Assembly: GCA_050943375.1 (NCBI GenBank)
Contig: JBMNPB010000003.1
Coordinates: 71,918-135,917, forward strand
Source of the DNA: a bacterium
Lineage (GTDB): Bacteria; Bacillota; SLNR01; JBMNPB01
Direction: 5' to 3'
DNA: 64,000 nt
This document shows positions 31,478-40,080 of this stretch, piece after piece; within the stretch, counting starts at the first letter, position 1, and every line of letters begins with the position of its first letter. The notes beneath the pieces are model-generated. The model was given only the letters and a program-made list of their open reading frames with translations. It ran no database searches and was not told the origin of the DNA. A program made the translations under genes and the position numbers.

Positions 31478-32296
31478 TTGTCGAATAAAAGCCGCAAAGC
31501 AAAGCAGGAGGGAAACGCTTTGGCAACCGATTACGACAATTTCAAACAGATAATCTTCCGGAAAACCGGTATCAACTTAGACGATTATAAGCAGCAACAG
31601 ATGCACCGCCGCCTCCGCGGTCTGGTGGAAAGAGCCAAGGTCAGCTCATTCGCCGAATATCTGCCGCTTCTCGAAGGAGACCCGTTGGAATATCAACGTT
31701 TCCTGGACCGGATAACCATCAATGTTTCCGAGTTCTTTCGCAATCCGGAAAAATTCAGTGAACTGAAACAGATCATCATCCCGCAACTCCTGCAACAGAA
31801 CCGGAATCTGCGAATCTGGAGCGCCGGCTGCTCCAGCGGAGAAGAACCTTATTCCCTCGCCATCCTGCTGGAGGAAGCCGACCCGGCCGGCCCCTGGCAG
31901 ATTACCGCGACCGACCTGGATGAAACCATGCTGCGGCGCTCGCAGGAAGGCACCTATCAGGCCAAACAACTGGCCAATGTGAGCCCTCAGCTACGGGAAA
32001 AATATCTGACGCCGGACGGCGGCATCTACCGTGTCCGCAACTGCCTGAAAGCGAAAATCACTTTTTCCCGACATAATTTGCTGACCGATCCTTATCCGGA
32101 AAACTGCGATCTGATTCTCTGCCGCAATGTGTTGATTTATTTTACTGACGCGGCCAAGGCGAAAGTTTATCCCCGCTTCGTCCGGGCACTTCGGCCTGGC
32201 GGATTTTTCGTGACCGGTAACACAGAAAGCATCTTCAATCCGGAACGCTATGGATTGACGACTCACCTTTCCTTCATTTACCGCAAAAACGTCTGA
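31478..32296 (+). CDS. cheR: Chemotaxis protein methyltransferase CheR
   Basis: N-terminal CheR helical domain followed by a SAM-methyltransferase fold (RIWSAGCSSGEEPYSLAI...DLILCRNVLIYF). Confidence 0.85.
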   Translation: MSNKSRKAKQEGNALATDYDNFKQIIFRKTGINLDDYKQQQMHRRLRGLVERAKVSSFAEYLPLLEGDPLEYQRFLDRITINVSEFFRNPEKFSELKQIIIPQLLQQNRNLRIWSAGCSSGEEPYSLAILLEEADPAGPWQITATDLDETMLRRSQEGTYQAKQLANVSPQLREKYLTPDGGIYRVRNCLKAKITFSRHNLLTDPYPENCDLILCRNVLIYFTDAAKAKVYPRFVRALRPGGFFVTGNTESIFNPERYGLTTHLSFIYRKNV

Positions 32297-32323
32297 AAAA
32301 CCCGGGGTGTCCCGGGTTTTTCA
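32297..32323 (+). terminator. Rho-independent terminator after cheR
   Basis: AAAACCCGGGgtgtCCCGGGTTTTT is a perfect GC stem with a T-run, directly after the cheR stop. Confidence 0.6.
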
Positions 32324-32410
32324 GACGGGAAATTCGATACAAACTAAGTGAAAAAGTCGAGCATCATAATAATATTATCGGTATTATGTAACAGAGCAAG
32401 GAGGTGGGTC

Positions 32411-32731
32411 ATGCTAAAAGAATTAAATCAGGTAATTGAGTACATTGAAGATCATTTAACCGAAAATCTGTCTCTGGAAGAAATCTCTGGCTACGCCGGA
32501 GTATCCGATTATCACTTCCGAAAGATATTCTATTATCCTGCCGGGTTGACGCTCAGCGAATATATCAAAAACAGAAAGCTGTCAGCGGCAGATCAGGATT
32601 TGCTGCAAGGGGAAAAAGTGACTGATGTCGCTTTTAAATATGGTTATCAATCAATAGACGGATTTACCCGGGCTTTTAAAAAATGGAGCGGTTTCTTGCC
32701 CTCGCAAACTGCCGAAACAAGCTGCAGCTAA
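32411..32731 (+). CDS. AraC-family HTH-only transcriptional regulator (MarA/Rob-like DNA-binding domain with no effector domain)
   Basis: About 107 aa with the dual HTH of AraC/XylS (LSLEEISGYAGVSDYHFRKIF...DVAFKYGYQSIDGFTRAFKK). A stop codon is followed by a strong RBS for the next ORF. Confidence 0.6.
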   Translation: MLKELNQVIEYIEDHLTENLSLEEISGYAGVSDYHFRKIFYYPAGLTLSEYIKNRKLSAADQDLLQGEKVTDVAFKYGYQSIDGFTRAFKKWSGFLPSQTAETSCS

Positions 32732-32779
32732 TCATTCCCCAAGCTTTCGTTCGCGATCACCGTCAAAGGAGGAACAGTA

Positions 32780-33275
32780 ATGGAATATAGAATTGAAGAT
32801 AAACCGGCGTTTAATCTGGTTGGCGTGACCGGACGTGTCCCCATGCATTTTAGGGCGTTAACAATGCGATTGTGAAACTGGCGGAAAGCATAACGGATGA
32901 ACAAAAAGAAGAAATGCATTCTCTGCAAAATATCGAGCCTTACGAAATCGTCAACGCTTCTTATGATGCTGACGCCGATTTTCTGAAAGAAGAAGGAGAT
33001 TTGACACATTTGATCGGGGTCTTGACTACGGAAAATCAAATCAGTGAATCACTTAGAGAAAATACCGGTCGCAGCCCATACCTGGGCGGTATTCCCCAAT
33101 GAAGGACCTTTTCCGGCAATGTCACAGGAAACAATGGCAAAAATATTTTCGGAATGACTCCCTTCTTCCAACTTCGAAGCAGTCAAAGCCCCGGCTTTTT
33201 CTGTTACGAAAATGGATAAGCACCAAAAAGATTACGCTTATAGCGAAGTCTGGCTTGCGGTTCGGAGGAAATAAA
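32780..33275 (+). pseudogene. GyrI-like small-molecule-binding domain protein (effector half of a Rob/MarA-type regulator), frameshifted remnant
   Basis: AAAGGAGGAACAGTA-ATG opens MEYRIEDKPAFNLVGVTGRVP, a GyrI-like N-terminus, which terminates after 31 aa. Downstream family-like pieces lie in other frames: ...IEPYEIVNASYDADADFL..., ...FPAMSQETMAKIF..., ...LPSSNFEAVKAPAFSV.... Confidence 0.5.
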
Positions 33276-33354
33276 TAACGCCAGCCCCGTGTCCGGTGTT
33301 ACCATTGAGTATTGAGGCTATGAAGAACAGTATTTAATAACAGCTTAAAGACAC

Positions 33355-33402
33355 AGATCCGGCAACCGCGAAAGGATATCTAATGGTTGTCGGATCCTTT
33401 TT
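33355..33402 (+). terminator. Rho-independent terminator (12 bp stem, 17 nt loop, UUUUU)
   Basis: agatccggcaacc...ggttgtcggatcc followed by ttttt, read directly in the sequence. Confidence 0.55.
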
Positions 33403-33492
33403 CCCCGATATTCATTATGGCCGGTGATGACTGCAAAACGTGTCTTCTGCTGCCGGCACAGTTTCGGTTACCGCAACCCAGAATAACCTGAA

Positions 33493-33999
33493 TTATTCGC
33501 TCTTTCCGCCTTCTTCGGAGCCAACAATCAGCTGACCGGCGCCAGCCTCGCCGTTTGACGTGTCTTTTGCCTTATTCTTCTTCCTTATTGCCAGCACCAG
33601 ATCAGCCAGTAAATTAACCGCGCCGATAAACTTGTCGTCCTGAAACGGCAGAAACGTCATGATGCAGCCGCGCAATTTTCTCCCCCGATAAGGGACGATC
33701 TCGAGGGAACGCCGTTTTCCCCACTTGAAGTAATCAATATCTTCGTAATTAAGGGAAAAACAAAGGGGACCGCGGTAGGCACCGGCCAGGAAACCGGCCT
33801 TCAGCATCATCACCCGCTTGTCGGTGGCCACCAACGCTTCACCGGCGCCGCCTTCAATGCAGATGCGCAGTTTCTCGGAAGGCTGCAGATTTTCGTCCAG
33901 CACTTTCTTTAAGCCGCCTTTCAGCTCTTCCAAAGGAGGCGGCGGAATGTTCTTAGTCGGTCGAATACTCCGAAACGTCAACGGTCGCAATAGTTTCAC
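33493..33999 (-). CDS. Hypothetical protein (168 aa), no family recognised
   Basis: GTG start preceded by AGGAAGAGGAAG. Lies in the AT-rich island. An overlapping 68-aa ORF (33953..34159) in another frame is an alternative reading. Confidence 0.4.
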   Translation of the reverse strand: MKLLRPLTFRSIRPTKNIPPPPLEELKGGLKKVLDENLQPSEKLRICIEGGAGEALVATDKRVMMLKAGFLAGAYRGPLCFSLNYEDIDYFKWGKRRSLEIVPYRGRKLRGCIMTFLPFQDDKFIGAVNLLADLVLAIRKKNKAKDTSNGEAGAGQLIVGSEEGGKSE

Positions 34000-34222
34000 C
34001 TTCCTCTTCCTTTAATCTTCTCCCGGCCGGCGGCAGGCAGCGGAACTCACTTTGGTTAACGTTGCCAATATAAACATTATAGGCGATTTTTCGCCCCGGC
34101 ACAAGCAGTCCGCGGTTTTGCCCGGTTTCGGCTGTCCGCCCATATTCTCCCACCCGCATCTCTTCCCTATGCAGGCGTAGCGGCTGGCCGAATTATCCCG
34201 CGCAAAATGAATCGGGCTGCTG

Positions 34223-34249
34223 TTGAAACGCAGCCGCTTGTGTTATAAT
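34223..34249 (+). promoter_or_regulatory. Candidate sigma-A promoter: TTGAAA, 15 bp spacer, extended -10 TGTTATAAT
   Basis: Hexamers read directly; positioned about 40 bp upstream of the 34289 start codon. Confidence 0.35.
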
Positions 34250-34288
34250 AATGACTGTCAATACTCAAATCGGTCAGGAGGTCGCTTG

Positions 34289-34591
34289 ATGAAGAAACAG
34301 CGGATTCTCGTCTACAAGACGAACGACTATGCAACGCTGCAGGAAATGGTTCGAGCCTTGGACGAAAAATATTACCAAGACTGCCAAGACGTCAGCCTCT
34401 TTCGCCGTCTCGGCAAATACTGCATTCGGGTGACCGCCAGTGCGGCAGAAAACACTCTTGACGCCATCGAAGCCCTGATGGCCAATTATGGGACGGCGGC
34501 TGATCTTAATCTGACCGCGCTCATCCGTGAGTCGGAAAGCATGGTGGCCGAGACCGGCTTTGACTACGTCCGCAACGGCGGTATCCTGTAA
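34289..34591 (+). CDS. Hypothetical protein (about 101 aa)
   Basis: AGGAGGTCGCTTG-ATG RBS. Bounded by the candidate promoter upstream and a perfect terminator downstream. No recognisable family. Confidence 0.5.
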   Translation: MKKQRILVYKTNDYATLQEMVRALDEKYYQDCQDVSLFRRLGKYCIRVTASAAENTLDAIEALMANYGTAADLNLTALIRESESMVAETGFDYVRNGGIL

Positions 34592-34626
34592 ACGCACGCG
34601 CAAGCCGGACCGATAGCGGTAGCAAC

Positions 34627-34670
34627 GGTTGCTCCCGCAAGAATATTCTTGCGGGAGCAACTTTTAGATT
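34627..34670 (+). terminator. Rho-independent terminator (perfect 34 nt palindrome GTTGCTCCCGCAAGAAT/ATTCTTGCGGGAGCAAC followed by TTTT)
   Basis: Read directly in the sequence; lies between the convergent genes 34289..34591 (+) and 34664..35362 (-). Confidence 0.55.
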
Positions 34671-35362
34671 TCGCAGCTTAAGGCGTCGGCCGTCAGGAGA
34701 TGAACGGTGCATTGCCCGGCGCAGTGCACGGCAATCAGCTCCGCCAATTCGCGGGCGGCGGCGGCGATTTCTTCCCGGGTTACCGGGGACAGCCCTTCCA
34801 GAAAAAGTACTGCTTCCTGCGTTTCTTCCGTCAATTTTGTCTTATCCCCTTCCCGCCAATTCCAGCGCCGGCAGAGGATATCCCGCTCGTCGGCGTATAC
34901 AACTTCACCGGGGCGGGGGGTTTCCGGAGCAGAGGAATGCAAAGGGACGTATCGTTCATTACCGGCGGCATATGTCAAAGCAATGTTTCCTTCCACTTTC
35001 GCCAAATCATCGCCGCCAACCGGAATGACGTATTGCAGGGAAACAGCATTATACAAATCAACTAACGGATTTATCGAAGGAAGGGCGTCGCCTTTCTGCA
35101 CCCGGCGGAGCAGAGCTTCCACCGAAGAATTGTATTTGCTCGGCTTGGCCCCGAAAGCCGAGTAGGCATTCCGCCAAGGAATAATCCGGGGATGCTGCCC
35201 GGGCGGCATCGTCCCCAGTGCCTGCCTCGCTGCCGCCACCCGGACGGCCAGCAGCTGTGCCGCCGCACCCGGGGTGCGGTTGTTCACTGCCCGGGCGGCG
35301 ACAACGCCGATGCAAAGCGAAGGATATTGTGCGATGAGACGGGAATCAATGGTTATCAGCAA
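34664..35362 (-). CDS. B3/4 domain-containing protein (Phe-tRNA synthetase beta-subunit-like tRNA-binding domain)
   Basis: About 230 aa. The sequence pattern recalls the stand-alone B3/B4 domain proteins common in Firmicutes. The family call is from memory of that family, not a search. Confidence 0.5.
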   Translation of the reverse strand: MLITIDSRLIAQYPSLCIGVVAARAVNNRTPGAAAQLLAVRVAAARQALGTMPPGQHPRIIPWRNAYSAFGAKPSKYNSSVEALLRRVQKGDALPSINPLVDLYNAVSLQYVIPVGGDDLAKVEGNIALTYAAGNERYVPLHSSAPETPRPGEVVYADERDILCRRWNWREGDKTKLTEETQEAVLFLEGLSPVTREEIAAAARELAELIAVHCAGQCTVHLLTADALSCEI

Positions 35363-35495
35363 TGACAGCAGCCTCCCAGTCTATCCGGCGGAGCGGCCGT
35401 TATCCCGGCGCTTGGCCCGGGACAAATAGCAGGACTTGCCACCCCACCTTTTTTTGATATAATAATAATGAGTACTACTACTAAATATCTAAAAG

Positions 35496-35960
35496 GTGAG
35501 GCAATTGAGCAAAGAACCCAGAGGTTCCCGGCACAGTCGGCAACGGGATGTCATCTTGCAGGTACTGCGCAGCACCAATATTCATCCTACCGCCGACTGG
35601 ATTTATGAACAAGTCCGGCAGGAAATTCCCAATATCAGTCTCGGCACCGTTTACCGCAATCTGAATTTGCTGCGGAAGCGGGGCGAGATCCTTGAACTCA
35701 CTTATTGTAACACTTTCAGCCGTTTTGACGGCAACCCGATTAACCATTATCATTTCGTCTGCGAGAAATGCGAGCGGATGTTTGACGTGCCCGGACCGGT
35801 CGACCCGAAAATCGATGCGTCAATCGCCGCCAGGACCGGCTTTGCGGTCAAAGGACACCGGGCAGAGTTTTACGGAGTGTGCCGCGACTGCCGGGATAAC
35901 CTGCAACAACTCAATTCCGGTCCGGAGCGCCAAAAGGATAGTCGGGCAGGACCTCAATGA
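35496..35960 (+). CDS. Fur-family metalloregulator (Fur/PerR/Zur)
   Basis: Winged HTH (ISLGTVYRNLNLL) followed by HYHFVCEKCERMFDV and CRDCR metal-binding motifs. An in-frame TTG at 35504 is an alternative start. Confidence 0.8.
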   Translation: MRQLSKEPRGSRHSRQRDVILQVLRSTNIHPTADWIYEQVRQEIPNISLGTVYRNLNLLRKRGEILELTYCNTFSRFDGNPINHYHFVCEKCERMFDVPGPVDPKIDASIAARTGFAVKGHRAEFYGVCRDCRDNLQQLNSGPERQKDSRAGPQ

Positions 35961-37002
35961 TTTCCAGCGCCGGCTTTTCCGTCAGGCGGATTTCCCGCCA
36001 TTCGAAGAGAGGCCTTTGGTAGCGATCGGTAATCAGCCGCACCACCGGACGATAATTGAAACGCTCCTCCTGCCGGGCGATGACGCCGATTTGCCCCGTA
36101 CTGAGACGGACTATCGTTCCATTCGGGTACAGTGCCACCCGGTCCAAAAAGCGCCGCACATATAGGCGCTCAAGCTGCGCTTCCATCGCCTGGAGCATCA
36201 CATTGTAAGCTTCATGCAAAGGAAGACGCGGACGGTAAACTCGGTCGTGGGTAATCGCGTCGAAAACATCGGCAATAGCGGTTATTTTGGCGATGGCCAG
36301 GATATCGTCCGCCTTGAGGCCCCTTGGGTAACCGCTACCGTCGTTTCGCTCATGGTGCTGGAAAGCGATGTGCGCCGACAATAAGCTGATATCAAAACTC
36401 TGCCGCAGGATATCAAACCCTAAAGCCGGGTGCCCTTTAACTGCCAGCCACTCTTGTGCTGTCAGCTTCGTTTCTTTCTGGAGGACGGCAGCCGGCACTA
36501 GGGTTTTCCCAATATCGTGCAGCATCGCCCCGACACCCAACTCGTAAAGCTGATCATAATCGAAATAAAGACTGATGCCCAAAACAAGGGACAGAGTACA
36601 GACGTTGACCGAATGAGCAAATGTGTAATCATCAAAATTGCGAATGGTAGAAAGCCCGGCCAGGATACCGCTGTTGTCCTGGAGTTCCTCAATTATCCGG
36701 CGAACGGAGTTTTTAACTTTAAGGCTGTCAATCATTTCGCCCCGCTCAAATTTCTCCATCGTCTCCTTAACCGCCTCGGTCGCCTTCCGCCGCGTCTCAT
36801 CGCTGATAATGTCGTCAACGGCGATACCCCGAGTGAATTCATCGTGGATATAGACGCTACGATAGCCTTTCTTACGCAGGCGCTCGACGAATCTCTCCGT
36901 CAAAGTCACTCCGGCGTGCAGCAATACCTGCCCGTCCGCCCCGACAATCGAATGTGCGAGTTGCCTGCCGGCTGCTGCCTTATCCAAACAAACCATCCGC
37001 AT
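35911..37002 (-). CDS. HD-GYP domain phosphodiesterase (cyclic-di-GMP hydrolase family)
   Basis: HD motif (MLHDIGK) and HHERNDGSGYPRGL, which contains the GYP signature. Confidence 0.8.
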   Translation of the reverse strand: MRMVCLDKAAAGRQLAHSIVGADGQVLLHAGVTLTERFVERLRKKGYRSVYIHDEFTRGIAVDDIISDETRRKATEAVKETMEKFERGEMIDSLKVKNSVRRIIEELQDNSGILAGLSTIRNFDDYTFAHSVNVCTLSLVLGISLYFDYDQLYELGVGAMLHDIGKTLVPAAVLQKETKLTAQEWLAVKGHPALGFDILRQSFDISLLSAHIAFQHHERNDGSGYPRGLKADDILAIAKITAIADVFDAITHDRVYRPRLPLHEAYNVMLQAMEAQLERLYVRRFLDRVALYPNGTIVRLSTGQIGVIARQEERFNYRPVVRLITDRYQRPLFEWREIRLTEKPALEIIEVLPDYPFGAPDRN

Positions 37003-37205
37003 ACTGCGTCAATCCCCCAAACCCAGATACATTCCCGGCGCGGCCGCGGCTGACAGCCGCTCACCCCGCCCTTCTCTATATTCCGCAACACCGGCGGAAT
37101 TCCTTCCCAGCGCCCAGGCCCGGAACGAAGACCGGAAACAAACAGCCGGGCGTCTATCCCGGTTGTTAGGAGTTCGTCAGCCCGAGGCGCGGGCTGCTCT
37201 TTCCG

Positions 37206-37742
37206 CTATCCCAGCCGGAACTTTATTCGGGGCGTGAACAGAACCAGGCCGCCGATTGCTTCCGCACATCCCGCCAAATAACTGCCCGCTTTTTTGCCGG
37301 AGACAAGTCCGGTAGCCGTTATCATCCCGCCGGCTGCCCCGAACAGAGCGACAGCGGCGAAAGATTGACGCCAAACGTTCCAGGCAATTTCTATTCCCAT
37401 TCCCGTCAGCAATACGACGCCGATTGCCGTCCCAATCATCCTCACCGCCTGCCCGAAAAAGCTCCCCGGCAACAGTCCGGCCAGGGACATCAGGATATGG
37501 AATAAACCAATAACCGAACTGATGCGGTAAATTTCCGGCCAGATTACTCCCTGCAGACCGATGCCTGCCCCCAGAGAGAAAGCGTCCGTCCCCAGAGCGA
37601 GAGCCAAAATGAGCAAATCAATCCAATACGAGCGAATGGCTTCTTCTGCCTGCAAAGTATCTTCAATTTCTACCCTGCGTCGCAGCCTTACCTTTCTATA
37701 CCCCGCTTCCAGTCGGACGCCGCGCCACCCATCGGAAACCAA
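37206..37742 (-). CDS. DUF204 membrane protein (MntP/YtaF family)
   Basis: The LALALGTDAFSLG motif and a repeated hydrophobic half are characteristic of DUF204. The real start probably lies downstream of the ORF-track start. Confidence 0.5.
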   Translation of the reverse strand: MVSDGWRGVRLEAGYRKVRLRRRVEIEDTLQAEEAIRSYWIDLLILALALGTDAFSLGAGIGLQGVIWPEIYRISSVIGLFHILMSLAGLLPGSFFGQAVRMIGTAIGVVLLTGMGIEIAWNVWRQSFAAVALFGAAGGMITATGLVSGKKAGSYLAGCAEAIGGLVLFTPRIKFRLG

Positions 37743-38289
37743 TCGTCAGCAACAGAGTGGAAAGAAGGCTGACCGCCCGGATGAGAGGCAAAAATTCCGG
37801 CTTCGGCAAGGTGGGATAAAGACCCAGACCATAATCCATGTAATCATTGAGCAGAAACCAGGCAAAAGCAATTCCCGCATGTCCAATCTGCCGGATCGTG
37901 GAAGGGATGAAGACAAGGGCTTCTGCCACCATCCAAAGATGGGAGACAAAAAGAGCGAAATCGGTGAAAACAAGCCGTCCTCCCGTCCCCCAATACAGTC
38001 CCAGGACAAAAACGGTCCAGAAGCCGTACTTCACCAGGCCGAACAACGTCAGTACCGTAAACGGGACGACTTCCCGGCCAAGACAAATCAGGATAAGCGC
38101 CACCGTGAACAAAAGTGTGGCGAGGGGACAATCCGGCACAAACAGCCAAAACCGGTACGGCGTCGCCGCCAGCTGGACCCGATACCAGTAGAACCCGTAA
38201 AGGCTGCCGCCGAAATTAATCAGGATGAGCGCGATCAGCCAATCCCGCCGTGATCTGATCTTCAGAATAATGTCGCGTAATTGCCGCAA
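37696..38289 (-). CDS. DUF1405 (YpjA-like) integral membrane protein
   Basis: 197 aa and polytopic; the FYWYRVQL...FVPDCPLA pattern resembles YpjA-family proteins. Assignment is from memory. Confidence 0.45.
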   Translation of the reverse strand: MRQLRDIILKIRSRRDWLIALILINFGGSLYGFYWYRVQLAATPYRFWLFVPDCPLATLLFTVALILICLGREVVPFTVLTLFGLVKYGFWTVFVLGLYWGTGGRLVFTDFALFVSHLWMVAEALVFIPSTIRQIGHAGIAFAWFLLNDYMDYGLGLYPTLPKPEFLPLIRAVSLLSTLLLTIGFRWVARRPTGSGV

Positions 38290-38302
38290 GCTCCGGTCTC
38301 CT

Positions 38303-38791
38303 TTATCTTTCTTTTCTTGCAGTCAAAGGACGGGCAGGCACCCCGCCGACTTTGGCTTTGGCCGGTACATCTTTATTGACCAAGGAGCAGGCGGAGACGA
38401 CAGCCCCGTCGCCGATCCTCACCCCGGCCAGAACAGTTGTGTTCGCGCTGACCAGAACATCCCGGCCGATTTCCACCCGGCCGGTCGCCCATTCGCTGAT
38501 CAGGAATTCGTGGGCCAGGACGGTTGCATTGTAGCCAATGATACTGTTTTCGCCGATGCTAATCAATTCGGGGAAAAAGATATCGAACATGGCCATCAGA
38601 CCGACAGACACATCTTTGCCAATTTTCATCCCCACCAGACGGTAAAGGCAATTCTTCAGCCGGAGGGAAGGGAGGAAGCGACAAGTGTAAATGACGACAA
38701 AATTAACAGCCACCCGAAGCGGAGACACAATCCGGGTCCAATGGCGCAATGAATTTTTGCCGGTTATCTGGTGGCGCGTCAATTTGCGCAT
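38303..38791 (-). CDS. Hexapeptide-repeat (left-handed beta-helix) acyl/acetyltransferase
   Basis: Tandem [LIV]-G-x-x-x-x hexapeptides (IGENSIIGYNATVLAH...IGRDVLVSANTTVLAGVRIGDGAVV). Confidence 0.6.
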   Translation of the reverse strand: MRKLTRHQITGKNSLRHWTRIVSPLRVAVNFVVIYTCRFLPSLRLKNCLYRLVGMKIGKDVSVGLMAMFDIFFPELISIGENSIIGYNATVLAHEFLISEWATGRVEIGRDVLVSANTTVLAGVRIGDGAVVSACSLVNKDVPAKAKVGGVPARPLTARKER

Positions 38792-38866
38792 TGCCTTCCC
38801 TCCTTGGCCGGGAATCGCCGCCGGTTTCCGGCCGATAGCTCCGCGGCGGCAAAACCAGGATTGTCG

Positions 38867-39400
38867 TTATCCGGCAATGGATGTGCCGCTGCGGCCAAGC
38901 CGGGGCGCCAGCAGACGAACAATCAGGCGGGCGGCCAGAGCGTTGAAGTAGCCGGTAGGAACGGCGAAAAATAGTAAATACGGGAAATAGAAGAAGAGAC
39001 CGAAATTTGCCGCCCAAATGCTGGCCACAGTCAACTGGGCCAGATTGTGGAATATCGCCCCGGCTACACTGAGGCCGATAAGGCTGAAGCGCTGACGGCT
39101 ATAAGAATAGAGTGCCGCCATTATCAAACCGCTGCTTAGCGCCCCGGCAAAACTCAAAAAAAACCCGAAAGTCAGAAAGGTCCCGCCGAGAAGCGAGCCG
39201 GCAAGGCTGCGCAGGACGGCAAGGCTCAGACCATATCTGACTCCGAACAGGACAATGGTCACGAGAGTGATAATATTGGCCAAGCCGAGCTTGGCGCCCG
39301 GAAAAAGAAACGGATTAGGCAAAAAACTCTCAAAAATATGAAGCGTTATGGCCATGGCCAGGAGAAGGGCCATGAAGACTATCTTTCGCGTCCGGCTCAT
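38867..39400 (-). CDS. Gx transporter family protein (heptaprenyl-diphosphate-synthase-component-I-like membrane protein)
   Basis: 177 aa with 5–6 TM segments. The LGLANIITLVTIVLFG pattern is typical of the family, and it is adjacent to a NusG_II-domain gene as is usual. Confidence 0.55.
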   Translation of the reverse strand: MSRTRKIVFMALLLAMAITLHIFESFLPNPFLFPGAKLGLANIITLVTIVLFGVRYGLSLAVLRSLAGSLLGGTFLTFGFFLSFAGALSSGLIMAALYSYSRQRFSLIGLSVAGAIFHNLAQLTVASIWAANFGLFFYFPYLLFFAVPTGYFNALAARLIVRLLAPRLGRSGTSIAG

Positions 39401-39418
39401 CTCTTTCCTCCCGCCCGT

Positions 39419-39792
39419 TTAGTAACTGACCGCGTCGAAGCCACCCTTTTCCCCGGTAATGGTTATGACAACCTGATTCGGGATGCAGACGACAGTCTGC
39501 CCCGTCGTCCCGATCCAGCCCATCCGGACGCACGTCTTATCCGGACAGGGGGAAGCGAGCATGCGCACTTTGTCGCCGGCTATTTCCACCCGGCTGTCGC
39601 CCAAAGGCCCGGTAATGGTCAGAATCTCATTTTTCCCGGCCGACAGAAATTGCCGTGTTTCCACAATTTCGCTGCCCCGCTGCAGCACTACCATCCCGCC
39701 CCCGCGTCCGGCCGTCAGCAGCCGGACGCCCAGGAGAGCGACCGCCCCGCACAGCAACAGTGCCGTAATTAAAATTTTATCGTAACGTGTCA
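39419..39792 (-). CDS. NusG domain II-containing protein
   Basis: About 124 aa from MTRYDKIL, with an N-terminal TM segment and then a beta-rich domain. This family is commonly co-located with Gx transporter genes. Confidence 0.45.
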
Positions 39793-40021
39793 TGCTCAAA
39801 CACCCCACTGTCGTCTCCGGCGGGAAACCGCCCGTTTTATTATGGCAGAAAGCATCCTTTCCGTCAATAAGCCGTGCCTCTCCAGATATAGCATTGCCGA
39901 AGACGGCGCGGCGCATGCCGGCAGCCGGCTATACCGGAGAAGAAAGACGCACCCGGGAGCAGCTTGGCCGAAAGCAAAGGCTAAAGCAGCCTCGCTTCGC
40001 CGATGCCCAGCCGCCCGCCAA

Positions 40022-40062
40022 GTGAAAAGAGGCCGCCCGGACTACCCACGGACGGCCTCTTT
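40022..40062 (-). terminator. Rho-independent terminator after the Ca2+-ATPase gene
   Basis: The minus-strand RNA forms AAAGAGGCCG...CGGCCUCUUUU followed by CACUU. Confidence 0.45.
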
Positions 40063-40080
40063 GGGCTGTAGCGCCGCGCT

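Noticed and set aside
33953-34159. 68-aa minus-strand ORF overlapping the start of the 168-aa gene
   Set aside because: It overlaps 33493..33999 by 46 nt in another frame, so only one of the two is likely real. I kept the longer gene with the better RBS, but this is unresolved.
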